From assembly GCA_951406725.2 (NCBI GenBank), contig OX597814.1:64728001-64792000 (forward strand): a DNA stretch of 64,000 nucleotides. The letters are read 5' to 3'. Position 1 is the stretch's first letter, and every line of letters begins with the position of its first letter. Below are positions 52,555 to 64,000 of the stretch, piece after piece. The position numbers were made by a program, and so were the translations under genes. The notes under the pieces were generated by a model. That model was not told where the DNA came from, did no database searches, and worked only from the letters and a program-made list of their open reading frames with translations. Source of the stretch: Octopus vulgaris (taxonomy: Eukaryota).

Positions 52555-52760
52555 AACAAGAGCACTCAGAGAGCGCAAACCTCCGCCAAGGCAACACCAA
52601 CGCCCTCTCAACGATTAGCCGGAGATGATTTTTAAAATGAGAATATTTGAACGAGAATACTAAAAAGAACCTGACCGCTCTCAAAAATTAAGTAAAAAAC
52701 AGGAAAAATAATCTAGAATCCTTGTTCGGTACCAGATCGATTCTAAAATCCTAGTTAAGT
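52555..52760 (+). mobile_element. 5' part of a HINE/Helentron-like element
   Basis: Start aacaagagcactcagagagcgcaaacctccgccaagg, related to 13270-13628. Confidence 0.6.
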
Positions 52761-53785
52761 GAAATTTGGTAGAGTTTGTGCTGATGCCAATCGAATATAT
52801 ATCTTTGGAGTGATTCTTCGCAAGAGTATCATCCTTGCGGTATCATGCAAAATACCCCATACAAAAATACCTGGTGCAACTTTTCTCTGGAAGACATTCA
52901 GTTTACTTTGATTTTTGTTCTTCGCGGAGGTCGATAAAAATTGGATTTTAATAAATCAATATGACCGACTAAAACTCCTGAAGCATTAGCATCAACTTGG
53001 TTTCAGTCCAGTGAGTGAAGTTAGGAAAGTGATAAAAGAATACCATATATCATAAATTAGTATTTCTAGTATTCTATTATTCGATAGATCAATATGTGCA
53101 CGCTCGATTATATACAAACACACGCACATATACGTGTGTTAGGAGGTGTTTAAGAACAGTACATACAAAAGAAAAAATGAAAATGGCGATGAAAAAGAGA
53201 GAAAGAGTAAGGTTTTTAATGTTACCTAGACACTATTGTTATCTATTTCTCAGTCTTGATAATACATTTAGCTTGCAGGGATTATTCTGACGGCTTTGCA
53301 AGTTTAGCGAGATGTAATTAAAAATCTTCCCTACTGTTCATAAGATAAATTGTATGCAGCAGTTCTCCTCCAAATCTTTGTTATTATTGTGCTGTGTATA
53401 TCACACCTGTGTATTCCTCATCGATGTTATGTGATACCTTATTTTCTTCTGTATAGATTGAAGATCTCTGCGTTAGAATAATGAGTGTGGTTTTGCCTAA
53501 ACTATTGGACACCGGATGCTCACTGGCCCCCCCTATATATAACAACTAAATTTCTTCACATTTTCTATCGTTTTAACAAATCACTGACCCCATTGGATAA
53601 TTTAATCCTATATCGTGAAAGAACGGGATAATCACGAATAGAATTCTGTTGAACACGGTTTCGCTCGAATATAGCTGACCAGGCATTAAACAATCAGTTA
53701 AGATATAAGCGACCTTGTTACTGTATCTGCGTCGTGTATTTATTTAGAACATGACATTTACAACAACGAGATAATTTTCCTAGAC

Positions 53786-54037
53786 CAGTGGTTCTCAATT
53801 GGGGCGATATGGTCTTTGGCTGTCTTTATAGAATTTTGTAGTTAAAATTTATCGCCAGTAAATTGGTTATATTTCTACAATACACAAAATATTGTAATGA
53901 ATATTTTATGCAATCCCTAATGATATTTAATTATAAAAAAATAATAGAATATTTTAACATCGAATAGCTCAGAGGGTCCACCCGAGTAAAATAAGAATCA
54001 AAACGGTCCATAGGTAAAAAGTGATTGAGAAACTCTG
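53786..54037 (+). mobile_element. hAT (Charlie-like) MITE with 8-bp TSD
   Basis: TIR cagtggttctcaat / attgagaaactctg; TSD tcctagac (53778-53785) and tcctagat (54038-54045). Confidence 0.85.
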
Positions 54038-54310
54038 TCCTAGATATTTCGCCAATAAAGGCAACCAGCGGGAGTACTGTAAAACAGTATCATTCTTATA
54101 GTGATGAATTCAATTTTCTCTAGTGACCCAGAGAGAATAATATATTTCGCTGTTAAAGATGAAGTTAAACAGTTCTGTATTTAAGAGATGAGGACACAAC
54201 AACCTCCTAAGCAGACTGAGTTTAGATATGAGTAGCATCTGGGAACCGGCATTAAGGAAGGATAGGAAAATAGATTTATAAGCCCTAAAATTCACTCCAT
54301 AATTGCCCAC

Positions 54311-54550
54311 GAGCATATGGAGTAGTGGTTAAGAGCGAGGGCTACTAACCCCAAAATTCCAAGTTCGATTACAAGCAGTGACCTGAATAATAATAATAAC
54401 AATAGTAATAATAATATCGAAAAATACCTTAGGGATGAGAACCCAAGTTCGAAATTTCCCCAATCCACCTGATGAAGGCTGGAGGGTATATCAGCCGAAA
54501 AGTTGAGTTAACAACAAGATGCGGACAGATATCCGTCAAATGTAAATAAT
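54311..54550 (+). mobile_element. tRNA-headed SINE carrying a hammerhead ribozyme in its 3' part
   Basis: A box tggagtagtggttaagagc, B box gttcgatt, (AAT)n spacer, second gttcgaaa, then CTGATGA-A-ggctgg-agggtata-tcagcc-GAAA at 54469-54500. Confidence 0.78.
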
Positions 54551-54856
54551 GAAGATGAAGTTATATTTAACAGTCAATATATTGAGAATAAAAAGCTAAC
54601 TTGAAATAATTATGCCATAAGGTTAAATCTCAGATGATGTATGTATGATTTTAGTGAACGGACACTGTAGAATGTTATAACTTAAAACATTAATGGAAGA
54701 AAATAGCTCGTCAAAAGATTATAAAAGTTGTTAAACTACAGCTGGTTCGTCAGCTATTAGTGAGGGTCAATGCGACAAGTTTTGGCTTTTGTAAGACGCC
54801 TCATCGAAGATAAGAAGGAATATAATACGAATATTTCGTTGCAAAATCTGCGAGGA

Positions 54857-55720
54857 CGAGGGGGCACCCAAAAGTAACCGGAAACCTTCTCCGTGGAACA
54901 AACCCGTTGTTGTTCAGGATTCCGCCACTAGAAGCAACTTGATGCGATCCTCATGCATCAGCCTGCCGACTTTGGTTGTCGAGTTAAATCGTACTGCTAT
55001 GTGGTGCGGCTTTGTTTTGCAGTGCCTCTCCTCTCTTCGTCTATTTTTGCGATGGCTGAAACGAAGGAACAGCGTGCTTCCGTGAATGTCTGTATTCTGC
55101 TGGGGAAAATGGCGGCCGAAGGAGTTGTCATGCTTCAAACAGCTTACAAGGACGCTGCCATAAGTAAAACACAAGTTTACGTGTGGTTTTCACACTTTTG
55201 GAATAATCACTTGCCACTTGAAGACCAACCAGGACGACCGTCGAACTCCCGAACGAATGAAAATATCATGGAAATTCATGAACTGATCATGGCGAACCGT
55301 CACAGCAAATTGATGAAGTTGTTGATATGATTGCTGTGTCCTGAAGCTCCTGTCAACGAATTATGAGCGAGGAATTGCGAATGAAAACAGCTGCAGCAAA
55401 ATTTCTACCTTCTTTGATCACGGAAGATCAAAAGTAGTCACGACTGAATGCGCATCGTGAACTGAAAGAACAGTTTTAAGTTGATCCTGACCTTTTTTCG
55501 AAGGTCATCACTGGTAATGAAAGCTGGTGTTACGGAATTTGCAGATGTGGAAGAGGTGAATAAAAAAACGACAGAGGCTTTAAAAGGCGTCAATTCGCAA
55601 GAGTTCCAGCACTGCTTCGAACAGTGGAAAACGCGCTTGGACCGATACATTGCTTCAAATGGAGAATTCTTTGAAGATGATAAAAGCGTAAACATGTAAA
55701 ACTAAGTGAATAAAGTAATA
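54857..55720 (+). mobile_element. mariner element with internal deletion of the catalytic domain
   Basis: Left TIR cgagggggcacccaaaagtaaccggaa. MAETKEQRASV...LEDQPGRPS and VITGNESWCY are fused directly to FADVEEV...FQHCFEQWKTRLDRYIASNGEFFEDD. Confidence 0.88.
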
Positions 55721-56479
55721 CTGCAAAGCATATCTGCATACGTGTGTACTGTAAAGTGTATTAGTGCGATGACAGAAAAATGCACAGAGAGCTCAAATGT
55801 GCATTAAAGAGCTTAATGGTGTAATTACATCCAATGTTGAAACTGTGTCGTAATGGAAGCGTGGTTAAACTAATGTACTGTTTAATACACACATATGTAC
55901 ACACGTGCACATACATTAGGGGAAAGTTTACTCTCTAAAACTATTAAGCGTTTCACGGTAGTCACTACAGCGATGACTGCATCAAAAAAATGTATTTTCA
56001 GTAAATCTCTCAAACATTTATCTGTATAATAATCTAACATTTTATTTCCGGTAGAGAACATTCTATTTCCATTTAAAAAAAAATTATTTCGGGAAACTGA
56101 ATACAATTTTTATTAGCTATTTATTTATTTTTCGTTTTGTGAATAGTATAGTTTTTCTGCGGTTTCTGCAACTCACTTATTTCAGTAGTTTATTTTCTAT
56201 GAAAACAGCAGCGCAAACTAACGATTCTCTTCATAGTACCATGTGGCTGCTCTCAGTGTGTGATGATATTATCAAAGAAATGAATAAGTAGCATAAACTC
56301 CATTCAACGTATTCGATGCTATCCACCGGTTACACTGCGCTTTCAGGCATAACCCAGACACGAACTTGATCTAACCAACAATTAGGATGAAAGAAAAAAA
56401 TTGACAACACTTTCACATAAATACCCTTTTACAGTTTTAGCAGTAGCAACACCAGCATTAGCAACAATTAGTGGTTGTT

Positions 56480-56910
56480 ATTTATCTCTAAATCATTGAT
56501 CAAGCTGAAGTATGATCAAATCAAAAGACATTCCTGTTATGACCATCTCTTTTCTTCAAACATTGTATCTAAGAAAACAGTATTACCTATTGTAACCAAC
56601 ATTTAAAAAATACTGTTGTAACTGATTTAAGGATAATATGGCTAATATAGTCGACGATAGTATTGAGATTCTCACGTTGGCTCGGGCTAAGGAAGAGGAT
56701 CTTATGTAGTCGCTTTAACTGCTAGAAATAGCAATCAAATAATATTACTCAAAACTACGCTGTCTTAAATACTGATGAACAATTGAGCAATGTAACTCTA
56801 CATACAAGCTGAGTGGTCACAGCTGGCACGCCGTTGGTTTATTGGAGCAGAGATAAGGTTTATTGGAACAGAGCTAAACGCAGGCTAAACAGTTACTGCA
56901 GCAACAATAC
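56480..56910. repeat. Two divergently oriented copies of an old interspersed repeat (ctagaaatagcagccaaatc family)
   Basis: Motif variants also at ~200-420, 34860-35070, 47990-48230, 48840-49050 and 59260-59460. Confidence 0.45.
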
Positions 56911-57922
56911 ATACTATATCGAGAACGTGTTCGTATCGACTCATCTTGGATGAATTTTAGGATTCAATCTTGTGGCATCATTGCACTGTAATCTAGAGAA
57001 CGTTTACGAATTGCCGATCCATAATAATTTAAATCATAATTTACTTTAAATAAGCGTTTGCTTCCATCACAAGTCTGCCTGAATAATCACAATGTAACTA
57101 GTATCAGCTTGTTTGTAGAGTACATATTTGGAAAAATAGTTGTTTTGAACAACAACAAGCAGACCTCAATATGGCCTGCAACAAACTATGAATTAACTGT
57201 ATATCTGCCATGAGCCATTGAAGATTGCGTATTTTTGTATATGTTTCTGTGTGTATTTCGGGTTTTTAGCGCGTCGATTTGTATGTTTGTATTTGTGTAT
57301 ATATGCTAAGTATGTTTCCCATATTCTTACATGTGAAAATTTATTTCTATTTTTATTTCTCTTCTTTTGCTTAAGGGGTCCTTACTATGGAAGAACCAAC
57401 TCAGCAATTCTAGTTAAACTACCTCGATACATAGAGGGAATAAAATATTCTTTCTCCCATCTTTCTCCTTGCCTTCTCCTCCATTATTATTTCCTTTTCA
57501 CTTTCTTTTCTTTTCTTTATCCTCTTCCTTCCCTTTTTGTTGTTCTCGTTTACTGAAAATATTATTGAGAAGTAAAGAAAAGCACAAAAACAAAAGCAAA
57601 AACGAAAAAAAATTGAAAGGGCTGAATGGAATTATGGACGCCTTTAACAGAATATAGTCTTGGTCGATATAGTAAATTTCACATTCCTTTTTCTTTCTCT
57701 AATTATTATAGGAAGCAACAACAATGAGTGACTCCGCAATATGCCAGAAGCGTAAAGTGGCCTGGGGGCGATTGCAAAGAGAATAATTCACTATGAAAAA
57801 CATGAGAAGGCTATAAGTAACAAAAGCAAAGGAGGTTCCATTCAAATAAAGTAAACGAAAATGAGTGTTGAAGCTAGAAGCTGTTTAATTGAATGTACAT
57901 TGTGTATGTGTTAGGAAACACA

Positions 57923-57970
<48 letters not shown>

Positions 57971-58066
57971 CTATTTACACACACAATATGTGTGTGTGTA
58001 TGTCTCTGTACGTGAATATATATATGTACACTCATATATATATGCATATATGTATATATACATATG

Positions 58067-58152
<86 letters not shown>

Positions 58153-58348
58153 TGTATGTATATGGACACACGCACAGTCATACATGTACACATACATAAT
58201 ACACACAAATTTGCGTGCATATATATATATATGTATAGATATGTATTTAATATGTGAATAGATGTATAGCGATAAGCGTCGAGAGCATGTGTATGAAATT
58301 TAATATATTATACTGAATGTACACGCGTATCTGTCTATCTTTCTATAT

Positions 58349-58381
<33 letters not shown>

Positions 58382-58491
58382 GTGCATATACATACATTCA
58401 CACACACATACTTACATACTTTATTGCATATCCATTCATTCATACAAACACACGCATACACACAAACATATATACTTACACACACGCTCTC

Positions 58492-58553
<62 letters not shown>

Positions 58554-58587
58554 GTATGTATGTGTGTATACATATATATATATATAT

Positions 58588-58722
<135 letters not shown>

Positions 58723-59656
58723 CATAGATAGATACATAGATAGATATCCTCATAAATGTGCGTACGCGTGGGTATATGTGTGTGTTTGTGTGTTTACGCT
58801 GTCTATGATTATAAATATGCGTAACAAAACAAATTTCAACGCTTGTACATATCTGTATAACTTTGCGGACACCCATGTGTATAAGTGTGTATGTGTGTGT
58901 GCGTGTATTTATTATTGTACCACAATGATTTGCTTTAAGGCATGAGATGATGTCTCTTCGTTAAGGCAGTGTAAATTTCTTAAGTATTTACAATGGAATT
59001 GATACATGAGATTCTATATTAGTCTCAAGTGCCGTTTCTGTCTGGTGGTTTCTTTAATTGCTATTTATATTATACTACATGTATGCGGTCATAGCGCTCT
59101 TTTATTTTTACTCCCTTCTTTTGTGGTGCAGTGTAAGTATGATTGCATTTGGACAGGACGTTTTACTTGGAAACACTTTCTCGCTAATATGATTATCAAC
59201 GAACGTTTATCCGCTCAGGTAACGAATATCAGTAAATATATATATCAGCTGTTGTTGGTTAGCTCTAGCTCAAAATGGGGTTAAAAACACAACAGCTGAC
59301 ATTTGGCCGAATGAATTCTAGTTGTGATCATGCCGTCTTTATAGGCATAGTTAATTAAAATTATATTATTTGATATATCTTTCGGTTATAGAGAAAAACA
59401 CGGCATGGCGTAACATGAAAGAGATTTGGCTGCTGTTTCAAGCAAATTAAACAACATTGCTCGACTAATGTAAGTTAATGTTAGATGGAGATTGGAATTG
59501 TCCTTGTTGTTTCTGTCAAGTTTATTGGTTTGTCTGATTGAGTGGGCCTATGACCAAACTCACCTTTGTCATGTCGGGAACTACGTTGTCCTTCAGAAAT
59601 CTTAGTTTGAGATATGTTTATTCTGCGTGAGATTTAACTAATATTTCTGGCAGGGT

Positions 59657-59845
59657 AAGGCGGCGAGTTGGTAGAATCGTTACTGCACCAGAAAAAATGA
59701 TTAGCGGCATTTTGTCAGTCTTTACGTTCTGAATTCCAATGCTCGACTTCGAGTTTCCTTCCCTCGGGGTTGAGCAATGGCATCGATCTAATCGACTATC
59801 CCCCTCCCTGAACTTGATGCCGTGTGCCCAAATTCGAAATTAATA
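59657..59845 (+). mobile_element. Meta-like SINE, degraded
   Basis: aaggcggcgagttggtagaatcgtta...ttagcggcattttgtcagtctttacgttctga. Confidence 0.7.
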
Positions 59846-60153
59846 TTTCTTGCAAGTCAAGCGGTAGCGTTCACCTTGTCAGATCGTCGATTATAACGGT
59901 TGGCTGAGATACTTGACACTAATAACTTGCTGTGTCTTCCTCATATTCTGATATTAAATGATATTACTTCACCGTACTAGAGAGTATATCGACTTTAACC
60001 AGCTTTGTATAGTGTAAAGACCTCTGATTATAATATGTTAATGAAAATATGAAAGTAGTCCAGTAGATCTCTTCATTTCTCTGACATATAAAATGTGTTC
60101 TGTAATACAAATAATGCTGATATAAATATTTTAACTCACTATTATGCATTATA

Positions 60154-60860
60154 CAGGGTATTCGGGCTAAACTTGACGATTATTTTATGTCTCATTTTCC
60201 CAGGAAAAGCCTGATTCATTGGTGAACAGAGATTAAAGATGTGTTTGAGAAAACGTTAGTTGACATAGACGAATGGAAGCCATCTGAATATTAGAAAAGA
60301 GTGACCTGTATCGTAATGATTCGGATCAGACAGCGGCAGCGGAGACTACGAAGGCGTGGGGAGTAGGAAGGGACACAGCAGGCATTCTGACAGCATCCTT
60401 ATACCAGAATTCATTTTCACATCCTTGAACAGGGCTTTAGGCTAAATTCAGTGGGCTATGTCAAACTACTGGAGACTTTGGTCAGTCCCTGACATGAGGA
60501 GGTTGCTGTTGGAAGGTCATAAGTATAACAGCAAGATTTGGGTCCTTGTCATACCTTCATAAATAGTCAGAAATATTTGTCGGGTTATTTCTACGACTTT
60601 ACCAGCCCCAATTTCTGGCCTTCTAATTCACCCAATTGTAACCCCATGGATTACAATCTGTGGAGGAAAGGTCGGTTGAAAAAGACACCAACCACTCTGC
60701 CTGCAAAACCAAGGCCGAGCTGGCAGCCAAGATGAATTCTTCTCACAGACACAGTGAGGAAACCATGCTCCAGTCTCCGGAGCCGTCTAGAAGCAATAGT
60801 GGAAATTGGGGGAAACTACTTTAATTAAGCTGTTATCTCCCAGCCATAATCTAGTCGATA
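60154..60860 (+). mobile_element. Internally deleted DD37D (maT-type) transposon remnant
   Basis: ta|cagggt start; QQDLGPCHT...FWPSNSPNCNPMDYNLW with D-37-D spacing; C-terminal RSRLEAIVEIGGNYF. Confidence 0.78.
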
Positions 60861-61753
60861 TGTTTTGGAACATTCGTATATGCAAACCAATCTACTAGAT
60901 TTACTTTTGTTATAGCGCCGTTATAATATTTATTTCTGTGGACAGCTAAGGTGACTACTTTTTCTTCCACAAATTACATATAAATACAAAGTGTTTACAG
61001 GGATATTTTTATGGCTATCTAGCCTTGAAACGAAACACTTTTAACATATTGATTGATCCAGTTTTTGAAGTGGCAGTGTTCATATTCATCATAATTATCA
61101 GACACTCCAGTTTAATCGAAAGCTAATCCAAGGAACGACACACAGACTTTGGTAAATCCTAGTGGTGACAGGTGGGTTCACTGCCTAATGTTCTAGGGAT
61201 AGCTTTCTCTTATCTCCATTCTAGATACTGAAAGTAACCCTCGTGTAACCTTCTATCAGTAGCTATGTATTTGGATTAGTCTCTTCCTTCCATTTAAGGC
61301 CAAAAAATTTTAATTGACCTTCGGAACAGCGTCAAGCATTGCTTAGGATGGAATCCCTCTTTCAGTTCCACGTTGCAAGCCTAAACACGTGTCTTCGTTT
61401 ATATATGTTGCTCTTAACATCTCGTATTTTTTCAATATGATGCTGAGTACTTCGGTATTCAAGATGTTCGCTATCTTGACAATGCTGTCGTGTGCATATG
61501 GGACGTAGCCGTACATATATCCGTAGCTTAAGATCGAGAACGTTTGTGATAAATGAGATGGAACTAGCTATCAAGGAATGAGTGTGCCATGCGAAATGGC
61601 TCTAATAGCAATACTGTTGTATATGGAAGAAATCTAGCCTATAAAAATGTCAACTTCTTTGATACACATTATCGCTATATTCAGTGGCCCATTAAAAATT
61701 AATGAAAATGCTTTGACTATAGTACAGCAGAACTCAACACACTCGCGCGCTCG

Positions 61754-61836
<83 letters not shown>

Positions 61837-63116
61837 ACACACACACGCACACACACACACACAGAGTATTTATTGATATCTTATAAATAATACACTCAGT
61901 TCGAATTGAGTAGAATTTAATATCTATTTGCTATGTGTTTATCAGTGTGCAAGTTTAACGCAAGTGTATTCTTGAATCCTAGTTTATCGAACTGGAATTT
62001 TAGTTTACATATCAGGTGATGTGCAGAGTCGATTAAAATTCCAATCGAACGAAACAATATCTCGGAAATTTAATCTTGCTTATCTTATGCTCATACACAC
62101 ATGCATATATATTCTATTTACACTCTTTATGTATGTGTGTGTAAATGTGGAAATTTTCCCTCGAGTATGTATATCTTTCAGGTGTTCTTTTAAAACTTAT
62201 TAGGAAGATGGAGTCATTTGTTTCCTCGGTCCCGTTGATGCAGATATATTCACCATTAGCACTTGCATATTGACGTCTTCATCTAAAATGTTGACAAAAA
62301 CGAGTCTACCACCTTTATAGCTCTGTTCTATCCCATGCTTTCTAGTTATATGTTTATTAAGGCGTGATAATGTCTTAATAAACAAGACTTTATCAGTTTT
62401 ATAAGTATTTGCATTTATAAGACATTTTATCGATGTAATATTTTAAGCAATACTTCCTTAAATCGCTAATGGTTAAATTTTGAAAACGAATCGATACTAT
62501 TTATTCAGACCACGAACAATTGCATGATAAAGTGAATGAAAGAAGTGAAATGATAAAAAAAAAGATGAAAAAAAAAAACACGAGAAAAAAAGGATTAAAA
62601 AGAAACGATGACTAAACGAAAAATAAAGAAAAATAAAACGACAACCTGTAACTTGCTTTGAATATAGAGTTTAAATAGTAGAAACAACACTTTAGACGAT
62701 CATGCTTGCTAAGTAGAGAAACTCCGAATTAGAATAAGCTTCACATAAAACAACTTCATTGATCTACGTGCGTGTGCACGTACCGCTGGAGTCGTGAAAA
62801 TGTATTGTTATAAATTCTGGTTCGGTTTTTCGTTCTATAATGCTTCACAAATATCACCAGCATGCTGTTCCGTTTTGTTTGTCTTTGATTTGATTTAACA
62901 GTTATCAATTCATTAATGACTACTTATATGTGTAATTTATGGGCATACACACAATACATAAATACGTGCACTCATGCATTCATACACATACATACTTATA
63001 TTTGTACAAGTACACAGGCAAACATATGTACACGTATATTCATATATACATACATGCAAAGGTACATATATATATATATGTAGATATATATGTACATATA
63101 TGTATGTATGTGTATG

Positions 63117-63164
<48 letters not shown>

Positions 63165-63198
63165 GATATATATGTACGTATATGTATGTATGTGTATG

Positions 63199-63249
<51 letters not shown>

Positions 63250-63256
63250 GTGTGCG

Positions 63257-63629
63257 TGGCACTCCATCGGTTACGACGACGAGGGTTCCAGGTAATCTGA
63301 TCATCGGAACAGCCGGCTCTTGAAATTAACGTGCAAGTGGCTGAGCACTCCACAGACACGTGTACCCTTAACGTAGTTCTCGCGGAGATTTAGCGTGACA
63401 CAGTGTGACAAGGCTGGCCCTTTGAAATACAGGTGCAACGGAAATAGGAAGAAAGAGTGAGAGAAAGTTGTGGTGAAAAAATAGAGCAGGGTTCGCCACC
63501 ATACTTTGAGACTCGTGGAACTTTGTGTTTTCGCTCAATAAACACACACAACACCCGGTCTGGGAATCAAAACCGCGATCCAATGACCGCGAGTTCGCTG
63601 CCCTAACCACTGGGCCGTTGTGCCTCCAC
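63257..63629 (-). mobile_element. tRNA-derived SINE with bipartite RTE-type tail
   Basis: Head gtggaggcacaacggcccagtggttagggcagcg...cggttttgattccc; tail cagccacttgcacgttaatttc...ggaaccctcgtcgtcgtaaccgatggagtgcca. Confidence 0.82.
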
Positions 63630-63843
63630 TATATTTATAATACTCACACAGACACACAAGAAACATAAAGCATACATGCACACAGGCACGCACATACCTG
63701 TATGTATACGTTTATGACAGCCAACAATAAATCCTCTTAAATGGTAACTAGACTTGATAAAAATAGTACTGAATCTCCCTCAAACCGAACCAGCTTACAT
63801 ACACTGAACAAACTAGTCCATAACATTCAAACAAGATATGATA

Positions 63844-64000
63844 GCACGTCTACCAAAGATGATCTTCCCTGAGCTGGCTTCTGGAGCAAGAAACTCTGGA
63901 AGGCCACTGAGGCGATGCAAGGCCAGCCTGAAAACTTCCCTTGAGGGTTGCGGCATTTCACCTCGTGGATGGGAATCGCTTGCCTCTGACCGCGGCGCCT
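63844..64000 (+). pseudogene. RTE-clade LINE ORF C-terminal fragment (runs off the window)
   Basis: ARLPKMIFPELASGARNSGRPLRRCKASLKTSLEGCGISPRGWESLASDRGA matches RTE RLPKxxxxxELxxGxRxxGRPxxRxKDxLKxxLxxxxI...WExLAxDRxxW. Confidence 0.85.

Noticed and set aside
54311-54385. Possible tRNA gene (also the heads at 63560-63629, 4191-4265 and 46889-46960)
   Set aside because: No complete cloverleaf or acceptor stem, and each continues into a repeated body; these are SINE heads.

Overview
AT-rich, microsatellite-dense animal DNA. The SINE families and the (TA)n/(CA)n/(TATC)n load point to an octopus or other coleoid cephalopod (my inference from repeat recognition, not verified by search). No complete host gene is recognisable, and almost all entries in the ORF track are microsatellite artefacts. 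The window is a patchwork of transposable elements: a Tc1 (DD34E) element with ~200-bp IR/DR ends, two DD37D (maT-type) elements, an internally deleted mariner, a pogo-like fragment, hAT MITEs, Helitron/HINE pieces, 3' ends of CR1/L2-, R4/Dong- and RTE-type LINEs, several tRNA-derived SINE families, and Penelope-like (GIY-YIG) elements. The most striking signal is a set of about ten minimal hammerhead-ribozyme (HHR) motifs, several with non-canonical cores, mostly sitting in fold-back elements inserted in (TA)n tracts. These include (i) a hairpin family whose fold-back point coincides with the predicted HHR cleavage site and (ii) a tRNA-headed SINE carrying an HHR in its tail, with a Penelope-style inverted copy, i.e. 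a candidate Penelope-mobilised ribozyme SINE. Two unassigned minus-strand candidate exons (8123-8454, 31752-31949) may belong to a large-intron host gene.
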